Made by a program: the position numbers and the translations under genes. From positions 41,975 to 105,974 of IMG/VR virus record IMGVR_UViG_3300012956_000012: 64,000 bases of DNA, one strand, 5' to 3'. The notes under the pieces were generated by a model that did no database searches, was not told the DNA's origin, and saw only the letters and a list, made by a program, of their open reading frames with translations. This DNA is from a virus. Taxonomy: Duplodnaviria; Caudoviricetes. This document shows positions 11,155 to 22,242 of the stretch, piece after piece (position 1 is the first letter of the stretch; each line of letters begins with the position of its first letter).

Positions 11155-13262
11155 TAGATATAAAGTTTTCCGTTTTCAATTTTTCTTATAACTCCTTTGA
11201 CAATTTCTCCGTCGTATTCGAATTCAACCTCGTCTCCAATCTTCTTGCCGTTAAAAGTTCCACCATCTTGGAATTTCTTCTCATAAGCTCTTGTGCTGTA
11301 GATTGGAAAATATTCGTCAGCCCCTAATTTAGGATCAACATACATTTGGAAAAATTCTTTGTTGAACTTTTCATCAACAAATACAGGCTTACCATTAATT
11401 AGGTATGGTGTTGGTCCTTGGTACCCTTCTGGTGTCTCCATTACTGTGTATTGGTCTTTCCCATAAGTACCTACTCCAGGTATAGTGATACTCTCCCCAA
11501 CCATTCTTGGATACCCATGCCCTTTTATAGGTCGTAGTTTATCTAAGCTTAAAGGTTCTCCCTTTTTATCAGTCATTGGATTTTGGATCAACAGCTGTAA
11601 TGCTTGCTCGTTTATCTGTTCCTTTGTAAGAGGTTGTACTTGTTGAGTTCCACCATCTTGGAAGGATGCTGATACTCGTCCCCTTTGTTGTAACATCTTA
11701 TTTTTTAGAGCTACTTGGTCTAGGTATTGCATTAATTGTCTATCTTCTTGTCCCGGTGATCCATACTCTTCTATTGGTAATGGTCTACCAGTGTTGGCGT
11801 CTAAATACCTTCCAACTTTAGGTGTAGTTGGTTGTGGAGTTTGTGATTGACTAGTTGTTGCTGTCGGCTCATTGAATTCAAAGAAATACGCACTTGGTGA
11901 TACACTTGATTGATACACAGCTTTTGGTAATAACCCATTGGGATTTGGTCCATACAAGTCTGGGTTTGAATTTTTATCTACAAGTTGCCTAGTGTTGTAT
12001 GGAGAATTAAATCCTTTTAAATTTTCCTTGTAAGCTTTAAGTTGCTCTTCGTATTTTGCATTCGCAGTGCCACCATCTTGATAGGCTGGTGTTTCATCTA
12101 CATAAGATGCTCCTGGAAAAGTATAGTTCTGTCCCGGCTGCATCATAATTGGATCACCTACATTAGGTGTAGCCATTACAGGAAAGTCTACACCTTCCAT
12201 TGTAATGTTATTTGACGGTATCCTGTAGTCACCTTTCCCATCCCACATACCTCTAGAACTTATTACAGGCCCATCTTGACCTTGTTGGAATGTTCCTCCA
12301 TATTGATGTGTTGGAATTTCTCCTGAGGAGTTGTCATTGGATGTTTGAGATACCGGATTATACTGGCGTTTTCTTTGTTGTTTATTGTAGTAATCATTTA
12401 CATACTGATTTCTCTTTTGATACCCAATTCCTGCTGCTACATTTCTTGCGATATCAAATAGAGCTGCTCCTCCTGCTGCTACCATGGTTGCTCCTCTACC
12501 TCTTGTACCTGGTTGTGATCCTATAGCGTTTCCTAGCATATAAAGTTCAGAACTCAAGTCACTACCTGCAAAGTTTATTGGAGGAAGGTTTCCCCAAATA
12601 TTTCCTTGTTGGTTTTGTTGTCCACTTTGATCTAAAGTGTTACCGTCTTGTATGGAACCATCTTCTGTTCCGGCTGGTCCATTTGTTACTTGTAACTCTA
12701 GTTGGTTAGCTTGATCTCTAGAAATCTGTCCACTTTTGTACATAGCATCAATCTCTTCGTAGGAGTTAGGTAACCTTCCTAGAGATGATGTTACAGATAG
12801 CTCTTGCTGGTTTTGCTGCGTAGGCAATCCTTGAGTAAAATCTTGAGGCTGTTGTGTAGATGGTCCCATAGGAATTTCTTGATTTACAAGAAACTCGCTG
12901 TTTGGGTCAATACTAGGTTGTTGAAACTGTAGTTGAGGGTAGTTAGGTATGTAGTCCTGAAAATCTGGTTGTAATCCAGTAGGTTCCTTGAAAGCTAATG
13001 TTTGGCTTAATGGTTGTTGCTGACTATAAGTTGGTACTCTGCCTCTACCTGTTGCTGCTGGATTTTGAATGTTAGAATTTCTAGGCACTCCAAAACCTTG
13101 ATTTAGATACTCTCCCAAAGGTCGTAAAGCATCATTTACTCGTTTCTTCTCTTGGGATTCTTTATATACAGCTCTTTGTAAAACTTCTTTAGTACCTATT
13201 TGTCCAGTTACAGTATCTCTGTATAAAGTTCCCATTACTTGAACTATTCTAGGATCTGGCAT
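11154..13262 (-). CDS. Q/P-rich virion cargo protein with repeated (F/Y)QDGGT motifs (702 aa)
   Basis: Low-complexity Q/P-rich sequence with four xQ(D/Y)GGT copies and one hydrophobic Gly/Ala segment. Confidence 0.6.
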   Translation of the reverse strand: MPDPRIVQVMGTLYRDTVTGQIGTKEVLQRAVYKESQEKKRVNDALRPLGEYLNQGFGVPRNSNIQNPAATGRGRVPTYSQQQPLSQTLAFKEPTGLQPDFQDYIPNYPQLQFQQPSIDPNSEFLVNQEIPMGPSTQQPQDFTQGLPTQQNQQELSVTSSLGRLPNSYEEIDAMYKSGQISRDQANQLELQVTNGPAGTEDGSIQDGNTLDQSGQQNQQGNIWGNLPPINFAGSDLSSELYMLGNAIGSQPGTRGRGATMVAAGGAALFDIARNVAAGIGYQKRNQYVNDYYNKQQRKRQYNPVSQTSNDNSSGEIPTHQYGGTFQQGQDGPVISSRGMWDGKGDYRIPSNNITMEGVDFPVMATPNVGDPIMMQPGQNYTFPGASYVDETPAYQDGGTANAKYEEQLKAYKENLKGFNSPYNTRQLVDKNSNPDLYGPNPNGLLPKAVYQSSVSPSAYFFEFNEPTATTSQSQTPQPTTPKVGRYLDANTGRPLPIEEYGSPGQEDRQLMQYLDQVALKNKMLQQRGRVSASFQDGGTQQVQPLTKEQINEQALQLLIQNPMTDKKGEPLSLDKLRPIKGHGYPRMVGESITIPGVGTYGKDQYTVMETPEGYQGPTPYLINGKPVFVDEKFNKEFFQMYVDPKLGADEYFPIYSTRAYEKKFQDGGTFNGKKIGDEVEFEYDGEIVKGVIRKIENGKLYI

Positions 13263-13330
13263 ATCTTAAATTTTTGTAAAATTAGTGTTTTGTAATTTTT
13301 TGTAAAAATATCTACTACTACTGCTCAGAA

Positions 13331-14215
13331 TTATTGTTGACCAGTAGTGAAAAGACTATCAAGTTGTGGCAACTCATTTTGAACAGGTATCTCTGTCATG
13401 TATGAACTGTAAGCTTCTTCATCAGACATTGTTTGAACATCCTCTTGAGGTTTAGCTACAACAGGTGTTGACATAGCTAGTGCATACTGTTCCAAGTATT
13501 GTTGCTTAGCTGTTTTTACTTCCTCTATTTCAGACCTTGCTTGTGATGTTTCTCCTTTGCTTTCTTTGATAGCTTCTTTTTCTATATCGTATGTGAAGTT
13601 TGTGTATGTAGGGTTAAAATCTCCAGACTCTATCGAAAATTTTGCTATGAAATCTTCGTTGGGATTTTCTACATCCTCAACAGTATCTTGACTTGGAGTG
13701 TAGTTTGACGGCTTAGCTGAAAAACTAGACCCCATCATACTTAAAACAGAACCAATTTTTTTATCGTAGTCAGGAGCTGTTGCATAGCCTTGACCTCTCC
13801 CTTTTTCCGGATTATACTGCCAGATGCTGTACAATGCTTCTGATACATTACTTGCATTTTGGTATTTTGATCCCCATTTTTTAACTCTGTCTTGTAATGC
13901 TGTATCTAAGTTGTTGTAAGACTTGAACTTAGATTTTGTTGTGTAGTAAGAGTTGTTTGAAGCTTCCTTTGTAGTTGCTACATTACCAGCCTCATTTTTC
14001 CCAGCCTTTTGTCCAAAGTAGTTATAAGTTGCTGGCACATGTTTGAACCAGCCTGTTTCCAAGGCTGCTTGTGCTACGGTTAATTCTGGGAATTTATCTC
14101 CCGCTTTAGCTGCTGCTATATAGACAGATTTTGCAATGTTCCATTGAGTATCGGAAACCCCCTTCGGTTTAGAAAGGGGGATATCTGTTGTTGGTTGTAA
14201 ATCTTTAGCTCTCAT
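13331..14215 (-). CDS. Glucosaminidase/FlgJ-like (GH73) peptidoglycan hydrolase, probably virion-associated
   Basis: AQAALETGW, NYFGQKA and YATAPDY motifs typical of GH73, followed by an acidic disordered tail. Confidence 0.8.
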   Translation of the reverse strand: MRAKDLQPTTDIPLSKPKGVSDTQWNIAKSVYIAAAKAGDKFPELTVAQAALETGWFKHVPATYNYFGQKAGKNEAGNVATTKEASNNSYYTTKSKFKSYNNLDTALQDRVKKWGSKYQNASNVSEALYSIWQYNPEKGRGQGYATAPDYDKKIGSVLSMMGSSFSAKPSNYTPSQDTVEDVENPNEDFIAKFSIESGDFNPTYTNFTYDIEKEAIKESKGETSQARSEIEEVKTAKQQYLEQYALAMSTPVVAKPQEDVQTMSDEEAYSSYMTEIPVQNELPQLDSLFTTGQQ

Positions 14216-17200
14216 TATTGATAAAAGTCTCTTGTATCTATTCCTAATCTGAATGCCATTCTGTACCTACTTTCCTTGTCTTGTACAAATCTTGTAAGGA
14301 AGTAATCACCACGTAATCTATCCTTATAGTTGTTTCGGTAGTCTAGTAAGTCATTATCAAGTTCCTTTAACACTTGTGGACAGTCGTACTTCCATAAAGG
14401 TAGTCCAGATTTTTCTTTGCGAACAATGTTGTAGAAGTAGTTGAAAGCGTATTTTCCATTCACTTCTGATTGCAAAACTTCTACACTGTCTATATTGTGT
14501 TTTGGGTACTGCATCATCTGATATGCATTATTTTGTTCATGCGGTATCAAATCTATTCTTCCAGAGTTCTGATAATTGTTGTAAATATAAGCTTTATTAA
14601 ATCCAATTCCAACAATGTCTGCAAAATCATAACGATTATAGAACTTTTTAACTTCCATGAAGTATTCTATCGTATGTAATACAGAATCCGTTAAACTGCT
14701 TGGTTGAACAACTTCTAGAATCCATGGGTATCTTTTTCCGTAGAAAACTTGGTAAGAACTTATGAACGGGAAGTGGGACCAAAGTCCGAATTCTGTATCA
14801 TCTTCTGAATAGTTTACTCCTGTTTGAAAGTAATCCGGGTACGATAAATAGTAACTTGGTTTGAAAGAGTAGTAAGAAATCCAACCTTCTTCTTGAGGAT
14901 CGTACGCTACTGTGAAGGAACAGTCTGTAAAAAATTCAGCATCTGTTATTTCAACTTGATCTAAATCTATTCTTAACGTCTCATTTCCTTTTACAAACTG
15001 TAGCTTGCAATCTATTATTCCGGAGTAAGTATACCCATTTGATATGTACGCTGCTATCTGAGTTTCGTATCCAGTAGTTGAATAGAAGGCTCCGTTAGAA
15101 TAACACACGTTTCCATTTGGCTTATAATCCTTCTTAGTTAAGAACAATACTTTGTTTGTATTATCCCAGCCCATTGAGATACCGAACCATTTATACGGGT
15201 TGTCCACATTTATGTCAGGGAAGTATTTTAGTATTTTGAACGGTAAGTGCTCCTTAAACCACTTTTCGAGTCCTGGTGTAATGTCTTTTAAGCTTGCAGC
15301 ATTTGGTCCTAAATGAAAGATTTTACCTCTTTTAGCATCTGCCCAGAAGTGTCCAAATTCACAGCTGATTTTTGCAGTGTGTTGTGATCCTGCATACCCT
15401 AGCTCTGTCTTGTTGAAGTTTATGTTTCTTCCTGTAAAAATAGCTCCAGTACCTAGTGCACTTTGCTCTGGTGCTACTCTATCTTTTAGTTGATCAATAG
15501 CTCCAAATACAGTAAATCCGTTTTCAAAGATTCCTAGAACTTGCTCCGACTCAATGCTGTCTAACAATGTTAACTTACCATAGTCACTTGGAAAGTTATA
15601 AAAATCTAATGGTTTGTACACCAACCAAGGATCTGTTAGATTTGACTCGGAGTTATCTTGTCTTGAGTAAATTACAGCGTTTTCTAAGTTGTTAAGTCCT
15701 TCCCACAAAGTTGTATCAAAGCTGTTAGGGAGTGTTGCATACGGATATTTTGAATGCCCGAACGAGTACACAAAATTGTAGAAATAAGTGTTTGGTTGTT
15801 TTATACTTATATTGGATTCCTGTGTGAACTCTATGATGTCAGATATGTTTGGGTAGAAGTTTTCAAATGCTTCTCGCTTTGCATACCTAAAGTTTACATT
15901 TATAGGGCTTTCGACTAAGAAGTATGGAATACCATAAGAGTACACATAAAACTTAGCTGGAGGTTTTACATAAAACCCAGAATCTGATCCTAAGTAGTCT
16001 AGATTATACTTTGACTTATTGTCTGGGAAAACAAAAGATGAAACATTAAATTCATCGTCATTGATTTCATAATCTAAGTAATACCTAGAATCTGTATACT
16101 CAGGATTTATGTTGAAATAATCTGAGTGCTTGTACGGAGTTAAAGGTGCTAATCCAAAAGCAGGTGTTGTAAAGAATGGTAACTTTCTTTTTAGAGCAAA
16201 CCTTGAAATGAAAGTGTCCCCTCCAAAAATAGCGTTACATGTATTGTCTTCACTTAGCACTCCGCAGTAGTTTGTAAATACCCATTCAATAGAATTTATT
16301 GATCCGTATTGTTCTGGCAAATATTGTTTTAAAGCTACGTAAGGGGATGCGGCATGTCTTGTAAAAGCGGCACTTCTACCTACACCATCATAACGCATCC
16401 TGCTGGAATTTCCTCCTATATCGTAGTTGTAGTAAGACGCTGGATACTGTACGTTAAATCCTGTCCCACTTGTCAAGTACACTGAATCTTCTCTGTCAAT
16501 GTTGTTGATGTTATAAGAAGCTCCCAACACTTCATCCGATACAATCCAGTTACCAGCTTTTATATATTGTGATACTGTTAGTCCTCTGAGAGTGCTACCT
16601 GCTTCAGGGTTAGCTAAGAAGTTATTGTAGTGTCCTAAAGTTGCACTATAGTACGCAAAATTCTGTGGCTTACCAAGATCGCTGAATGTTTTTAACCATC
16701 TGTATCTATACTCTCCTACTTTAAACAATCCTTGTGCGGTAATGACAATACCTGCCACTACTGCTATGATTATAGACGCAGCGGCTCCATACACAGTTCC
16801 AGCTGCAGTAGCGTTGATAGTGTAATCAATTATCTGTAAGAATATTTCAAGACCTGCCTCTGTAGCTCCTAATGTGGTAGCTACATTGTATGCTTTCTTA
16901 CCAAGAAGTACATAGGTAGGGTAATCCCAAACTTCGTCAAATATCGTCTGCGATTTTCCAAACTGATATCCTTCAATAGACATCTCTTTAGGTAACGTAG
17001 GTTTGTAAAAATGAGTGTCAGGTGAGTGGAAAGTGAATCGATTGTTTGAAGTACTTCCATAAGGATGTCCAACAACGTTTAATTCGTCAAGTCCTAATGA
17101 GTTTAGTGGGTAGTTTGGATACTGTATTTGTTTCCCGTCTCCATCATCGTATTGATACATGTCAAACAAAAGCCCTTTTGCTAGTATAGACTTATCTACA

Positions 17201-20200
17201 CTTCGATCGCCTCTGAATATTTCGTACTTAGTAATTTTAAATCTCTCATCTACAGTTAACAGACCATTTGATACGGCAATGTCTAAGAATGCATTTATGA
17301 TATCATTACTTAGAAAGAATCCGATAGGGTAAATAGTACTAGCTTTAAAGTCGCCTGGGTTATTCATACTCTCAGACATAAAAGGGATCACCTTATTATC
17401 TGGGAACTTGTAGTGTCTAATTGGCCTATCTTTAAAGTCTGCCTCTGCTGTTAAAACATAGTTTCCATTAGCATCTAAAACAGGTGCTGCACTTCCGCCT
17501 TGCACGTAATAATCTTCAAACTCATCTCTAAATTCTACTGGTACACTGTCTGGAGTTATCTTCAACCAAGATGAGTCGTATAAATCACTGTTGCATGGGT
17601 ATTTCTGTAAAGATTCCCAATAACTAAATAGGCCATACTTATGAGGGACTGCAGAACAGTTTCCTAGATCAGGATAAGTGAATGTACATGTAGCGGTATA
17701 TGTCTGCTTCTTTCCAAATTTTAAATTTGTAAAATCAACCAGTGTGTTAAACAAACTTGGTTGGTAGTATAATGAAAAACACCCGCACGGTGGCTTCAAT
17801 GTATATGAAGTGTCTGTTGATGCTAAAACTCTTGAATAAATACCAGAATCTATTGCTATGTATGCAGTTCCAGATGGAAAGTCAGTAGCAAGCAGTTCTA
17901 CAAATTTTTGAGAATCATTTAGTGCAGCTACATTGGAAACTATCCGTCCATAAGCTGCGATATCAGAAGTAGCAGAACAGTCTGCAAAAGCAGATATTCT
18001 AACTGATGTTCCTGTGTTATCATCTGAGTTTACGCACAACACTGGGCTCATTTCCACTACAACTCTTTCATTACCATTGAAATCTACTTTATACCAAAGA
18101 GCGTTTGAATGCAACTTATTTGTATAATTAGCACCAGTCATTGCTACTGTCAAAGAGGTCTGTAGTGTTGTGAATCCTCCAATCTCTCCCTTGTTTTGTA
18201 AAAAGTTGAAATTATCTATTTGAGGATTTAGTATTAATTGAATGTCAGAAGCTACTGCACAACTTGTATTTGTTGGTACAACTGCACGTTCATAAACAAT
18301 ATCTCCAGGATTCATATAGTTGCTAACAAAAGTTGCATCTACAACTGGGTTAAAAGTTTCATCCAACCTGAATGTATTACAAGAACTAGGTGCTTTGATC
18401 CTTTCGTACTCACTAAATACATACCAATCTTTACTCTCTCCGATAGTTTCTGCCTCAATAGCAAACATTATCTCGGATGTTAACGCCGATGGCCCACAGT
18501 TGGTACCGAAAGTAGGTTCACAACTTTCTGTGTATTCTGATGGAACATCTATGACAGTCTGAATATCTACCCAAGCAGGATCCGTCGATGCTAGTATTTC
18601 AGCTTGATGTTCATTTACATACTGTATAAATCCAATACCATCTGGTACTGTTACACTTCCAGATGCAACAGTGTCTAAAACAGTAATCACTCCGTCATTA
18701 GCTACCACACAAGATGATTCTACTTCTCTTTCCTCAGTTATTACAGTTATACCTGAGCCAGCTGGTATTTCACAATCTCCTTGTACAGAAGCTGTGTTTT
18801 CAAACTGCCATCTAAGAGTTCTATCAGATGACCCACATGCCGGTGAATTTGCATTTATAGAATCAACATTTAGATTATCTACTACTTCAATTTCTGATGC
18901 AAGTGGTGGTCTTGGTATAAAAGGAAACAACGGTAGTTCATGCCCTCCTTGCATTTGAAACTTAATAGCCAGTGGTTCAACTTCATCTCGCATGTATGAA
19001 AGGAAGTTTGAGATATAAACTCCATTTTCATATAAGTTCTCTTTTGCTTGGTAGGTGCTCCACTTCACAGCCGATCCCATCAAGGAAACAACTGGTTGTA
19101 GGTTTATAGTCCTGACAGATTCTAATCCATATTGAAATAAATATCCATTGGCAGATGTTAACCCCTTTGCTTTTGTATAAAAAGGTTTTCTACTGATGAT
19201 AGACTGTACATCCGTCATCTGTTTGTCCACAAGGGAGTTTATAGTGATTGTTGTATTGTCGATAGGGTAGGTACCATATTTGTAATAGGTGACTGCAGAA
19301 TCTAACCCGTTTCTGTATATCACATATACTGTATAGTACTCGTAAGAATTATCCAATAGGGAGACTTCTACCTTAATAGCTTGATTTGTTTGGTAGTTTA
19401 AGTTAGTCTGATCAAGGATGTTATTATTCTTATCGTGTACAGGTATAGGATTTGTAAGCGAATAGCAGTTGGAAATATTATCCCCAGCTGCATTGGAAAG
19501 CGCTACTGTTACCTCATACATACCTGCTCTTAAATTACCTCCGTTTTGGATTATAGTTGGATTAAGACATGGAATGTTATGCAATGGGAAGATACGAAGT
19601 TTATCACACTGCAAGCAAGTACTTGTCACACGATCATCACACTCATCAATAGTTTCATTGTAAATGTTTAAATGATCCAGCTGAACGTATCTCTGTGGGT
19701 TATTCCAGTCAGTGAAGTACATTACTGCACCTGTTCTTTCTTTTTTTATCTGAACATTTTTTTCAAATATCGGATAGTCAATTGAGAAGTTAAGGCACCC
19801 TGTACATGTATCTGTAAGCTCACAATAATCTGTTAGTATTGTAAAATACTCACATATAGCCTCTTGAGGGAGATCCTCTAAAGGCGTCTCCAATATAACT
19901 GTTATGTTACAATTACAAGATTCTTCTACAGCTTGTAGATCAGTAATCCCGTTTAGGATGTTTATGTAACCAATCTCCGAACATCCTGTTGTAGGGTTAG
20001 TTAGGAAAAAATATGTTTTATAAGAATTTAGGTCAAATTTATGACCTACTACTTTAAAGCCTGGTTTAAATCCAGTACACTTGACATTTGATGTTTGGTT
20101 AACCTTTGGTCCATCTTCGTGAGAATCTCCTGATGCTGTATTTAAGGCGAATGTGTATTCGTCTTTGGTTAACTCAGATGCAGCCTTATCTCTCTGCATT

Positions 20201-20238
20201 CCTTTTCTTCCAGTAGATATGTCCTTTTTTAATGCCAC
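14215..20238 (-). CDS. Tail stabilisation/muzzle protein (2007 aa)
   Basis: N-terminal GMQRD...YTFALN, YFTDWNNPQRY, GGDTFISRF and WISYYSFKP motifs of the crAss-like muzzle protein. It lies after the ring genes. Confidence 0.8.
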   Translation of the reverse strand: MALKKDISTGRKGMQRDKAASELTKDEYTFALNTASGDSHEDGPKVNQTSNVKCTGFKPGFKVVGHKFDLNSYKTYFFLTNPTTGCSEIGYINILNGITDLQAVEESCNCNITVILETPLEDLPQEAICEYFTILTDYCELTDTCTGCLNFSIDYPIFEKNVQIKKERTGAVMYFTDWNNPQRYVQLDHLNIYNETIDECDDRVTSTCLQCDKLRIFPLHNIPCLNPTIIQNGGNLRAGMYEVTVALSNAAGDNISNCYSLTNPIPVHDKNNNILDQTNLNYQTNQAIKVEVSLLDNSYEYYTVYVIYRNGLDSAVTYYKYGTYPIDNTTITINSLVDKQMTDVQSIISRKPFYTKAKGLTSANGYLFQYGLESVRTINLQPVVSLMGSAVKWSTYQAKENLYENGVYISNFLSYMRDEVEPLAIKFQMQGGHELPLFPFIPRPPLASEIEVVDNLNVDSINANSPACGSSDRTLRWQFENTASVQGDCEIPAGSGITVITEEREVESSCVVANDGVITVLDTVASGSVTVPDGIGFIQYVNEHQAEILASTDPAWVDIQTVIDVPSEYTESCEPTFGTNCGPSALTSEIMFAIEAETIGESKDWYVFSEYERIKAPSSCNTFRLDETFNPVVDATFVSNYMNPGDIVYERAVVPTNTSCAVASDIQLILNPQIDNFNFLQNKGEIGGFTTLQTSLTVAMTGANYTNKLHSNALWYKVDFNGNERVVVEMSPVLCVNSDDNTGTSVRISAFADCSATSDIAAYGRIVSNVAALNDSQKFVELLATDFPSGTAYIAIDSGIYSRVLASTDTSYTLKPPCGCFSLYYQPSLFNTLVDFTNLKFGKKQTYTATCTFTYPDLGNCSAVPHKYGLFSYWESLQKYPCNSDLYDSSWLKITPDSVPVEFRDEFEDYYVQGGSAAPVLDANGNYVLTAEADFKDRPIRHYKFPDNKVIPFMSESMNNPGDFKASTIYPIGFFLSNDIINAFLDIAVSNGLLTVDERFKITKYEIFRGDRSVDKSILAKGLLFDMYQYDDGDGKQIQYPNYPLNSLGLDELNVVGHPYGSTSNNRFTFHSPDTHFYKPTLPKEMSIEGYQFGKSQTIFDEVWDYPTYVLLGKKAYNVATTLGATEAGLEIFLQIIDYTINATAAGTVYGAAASIIIAVVAGIVITAQGLFKVGEYRYRWLKTFSDLGKPQNFAYYSATLGHYNNFLANPEAGSTLRGLTVSQYIKAGNWIVSDEVLGASYNINNIDREDSVYLTSGTGFNVQYPASYYNYDIGGNSSRMRYDGVGRSAAFTRHAASPYVALKQYLPEQYGSINSIEWVFTNYCGVLSEDNTCNAIFGGDTFISRFALKRKLPFFTTPAFGLAPLTPYKHSDYFNINPEYTDSRYYLDYEINDDEFNVSSFVFPDNKSKYNLDYLGSDSGFYVKPPAKFYVYSYGIPYFLVESPINVNFRYAKREAFENFYPNISDIIEFTQESNISIKQPNTYFYNFVYSFGHSKYPYATLPNSFDTTLWEGLNNLENAVIYSRQDNSESNLTDPWLVYKPLDFYNFPSDYGKLTLLDSIESEQVLGIFENGFTVFGAIDQLKDRVAPEQSALGTGAIFTGRNINFNKTELGYAGSQHTAKISCEFGHFWADAKRGKIFHLGPNAASLKDITPGLEKWFKEHLPFKILKYFPDINVDNPYKWFGISMGWDNTNKVLFLTKKDYKPNGNVCYSNGAFYSTTGYETQIAAYISNGYTYSGIIDCKLQFVKGNETLRIDLDQVEITDAEFFTDCSFTVAYDPQEEGWISYYSFKPSYYLSYPDYFQTGVNYSEDDTEFGLWSHFPFISSYQVFYGKRYPWILEVVQPSSLTDSVLHTIEYFMEVKKFYNRYDFADIVGIGFNKAYIYNNYQNSGRIDLIPHEQNNAYQMMQYPKHNIDSVEVLQSEVNGKYAFNYFYNIVRKEKSGLPLWKYDCPQVLKELDNDLLDYRNNYKDRLRGDYFLTRFVQDKESRYRMAFRLGIDTRDFYQ

Positions 20239-21086
20239 GGTACGATTATTTGATATTGTAAGCTTTCTAATCTATTTAGAGCTTTTACTTTATAAATGGA
20301 GCTAGGTGATAACATCTTCAACTCATTTGAAGCATTGTCTCTAGCAGAAACCTCTTCTTGTTTGTAAACTGTGTATAAGGATGCTAATCCTGCCATAGCA
20401 TCACTATTTGCAAGTAAATCTTCTGCACACCTCCTTAATAGGTGGTACTCTAGATATGTTTCTAACTCTCCGTTGAATGTTTCTGGAATGTCTGGTTGAC
20501 CATCCTCATCTGTAGGTAAGCCATAGTATTGAAGATAAATGTGGCCACTATTGAAGTTGGCTTGAATTTTACTGCCTATTATTGATATCTCATTAGGATT
20601 ATCTTTTACGACTCTATTCCTACACCTTAGATGCATCTTAGATTTTTCAAAAGACCTCCCTAATTTAAGAAGTGTTGGGTTCTTGTATACGAATTGTGCT
20701 GACCCTCCATTAAAATACAGATTCTCTCTGATCACATTCTCTGTCTTACTTTGGCAGCAGGATTCACATTCATTCCAAGTTGAAGACTCTATGACTCTTT
20801 CTTTGTAAAAATAAGATGTTTGAAGTGCATCTATTTCCCCAGTATAGGTATAGGCATGTGGTTCACACAGTATAGCCATGTAGAGGCTAATAAAATTATC
20901 TGGTAGATATCCTATTCCGTCTACAATTTCTACGGTGCCTTCTGTCATCGTTCCAATAGAGTTGCCAAATCTTTTTAAGGCTTTTAAAGCATCTCTCCTC
21001 ATAGATATTTCATCTAGTAAACCTGCTTCATCATACTTTTTAAGTTTTGATTTTACCTCTAAAATCAACTCGTCTAATCTGCTCAT
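20229..21086 (-). CDS. Tail ring/tubular protein
   Basis: IQANFNSGHIYLQYYGLPTDEDGQPDIP motif; sits directly before the muzzle gene as in crAss-like phages. Confidence 0.7.
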   Translation of the reverse strand: MSRLDELILEVKSKLKKYDEAGLLDEISMRRDALKALKRFGNSIGTMTEGTVEIVDGIGYLPDNFISLYMAILCEPHAYTYTGEIDALQTSYFYKERVIESSTWNECESCCQSKTENVIRENLYFNGGSAQFVYKNPTLLKLGRSFEKSKMHLRCRNRVVKDNPNEISIIGSKIQANFNSGHIYLQYYGLPTDEDGQPDIPETFNGELETYLEYHLLRRCAEDLLANSDAMAGLASLYTVYKQEEVSARDNASNELKMLSPSSIYKVKALNRLESLQYQIIVPWH

Positions 21087-21544
21087 GATAAATATCTTTT
21101 GAAATCATAAAAGAATGTTTTATACTTCTTTCCTGATATTAATTTTTCAGATAAAGCCTTTTTCATAGGCTTTGTAAATTTCTTGTCCATTGTCCATAAG
21201 GATAACCAGGTATTTTTAACCGGCATGAAGATAGGTGTGTACATCTTATTTCCAGTGTGATGGTTGTACTTTTTAACAGAACCATTTTTTGATGGCATTG
21301 TGTTTACAAGTGGTCTTGGTATCATCCATATAAAAAAGTATCCTAGTTTCTTCATGAACACTCCTCCAGGTCGATCGACAACTAGCTCTGATATTGCTTC
21401 ACCTATTGCAGAAACTGCTTCACAATACCTATCTCTGTGTACAACTATATCTTTTCTCTCAACTTTTCTTTGACTGTAGTGTTCTCTATACTCTTTATAT
21501 CCTTCTCTGCCTCCAGCGTTAAATACATTGTCTGCTAACCTCAT
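21083..21544 (-). CDS. IHF/HU-like basic protein of the crAss-like tail block
   Basis: Basic 153-aa protein with VFMKKLGYFFI, located between two ring genes. Confidence 0.55.
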   Translation of the reverse strand: MRLADNVFNAGGREGYKEYREHYSQRKVERKDIVVHRDRYCEAVSAIGEAISELVVDRPGGVFMKKLGYFFIWMIPRPLVNTMPSKNGSVKKYNHHTGNKMYTPIFMPVKNTWLSLWTMDKKFTKPMKKALSEKLISGKKYKTFFYDFKRYLS

Positions 21545-22242
21545 TATTGAGTTGTTTGAGTTTTTTGATTTTCATCCATATTTGGATTCTCATCTGCTTG
21601 AGATGTTCTGTATATAGAAGCTACCTCTTGAATTGTATCTCTTATGACAGAATCTAGTAGACGATCTGAACAAACAAAATCAAGTTCTAGGTAGGATTTA
21701 CAATTGTTGGAACTATTGTCCTTACACCCACAAGCACTATCTACTTGCGACTTGTCTGTGGAAAACATTCTGATCTCTACTATCTCGTTCTTAGAATCTG
21801 GTAGATACAAGTATCCATCTTTTATATAGTAATACTTTATCTTTTTTGAGTAGTGCTTTCTTTTCTTATTTATGGAGAATGTTCTAGGACTTACGTAAGT
21901 GTAAGATATGGAGCCATCTATATTTGTAACACTTAGAATTCCGGATCCATTTTTTCCAAAAAGTCCTTCTGGAATTTTTTCACACGACTTCATTAAATTT
22001 TCACATAATCTGAATTCAAATATATCGCAAGATTTTACATCTACACTTTTCATTTTGAAGCATTCTATTGTAGATATTATACCTTCCTCTCTAAACAAAG
22101 TACCTTCATCTAATTTTTGAGTCATCAAATATTTAGCCTTTGTTTTAGCAATATTTAAAATGTATCGCTTACTAATATGTAAGTCTTTTGACGTTGCTTT
22201 AAGTCCATTCACTATTCTAGTGACTACATCTGAATTAGTCAT
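21544..22242 (-). CDS. Tail ring protein
   Basis: YYYIKDGYLYLP motif and synteny with the crAss-like ring-IHF-ring-muzzle block. Confidence 0.65.
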   Translation of the reverse strand: MTNSDVVTRIVNGLKATSKDLHISKRYILNIAKTKAKYLMTQKLDEGTLFREEGIISTIECFKMKSVDVKSCDIFEFRLCENLMKSCEKIPEGLFGKNGSGILSVTNIDGSISYTYVSPRTFSINKKRKHYSKKIKYYYIKDGYLYLPDSKNEIVEIRMFSTDKSQVDSACGCKDNSSNNCKSYLELDFVCSDRLLDSVIRDTIQEVASIYRTSQADENPNMDENQKTQTTQ

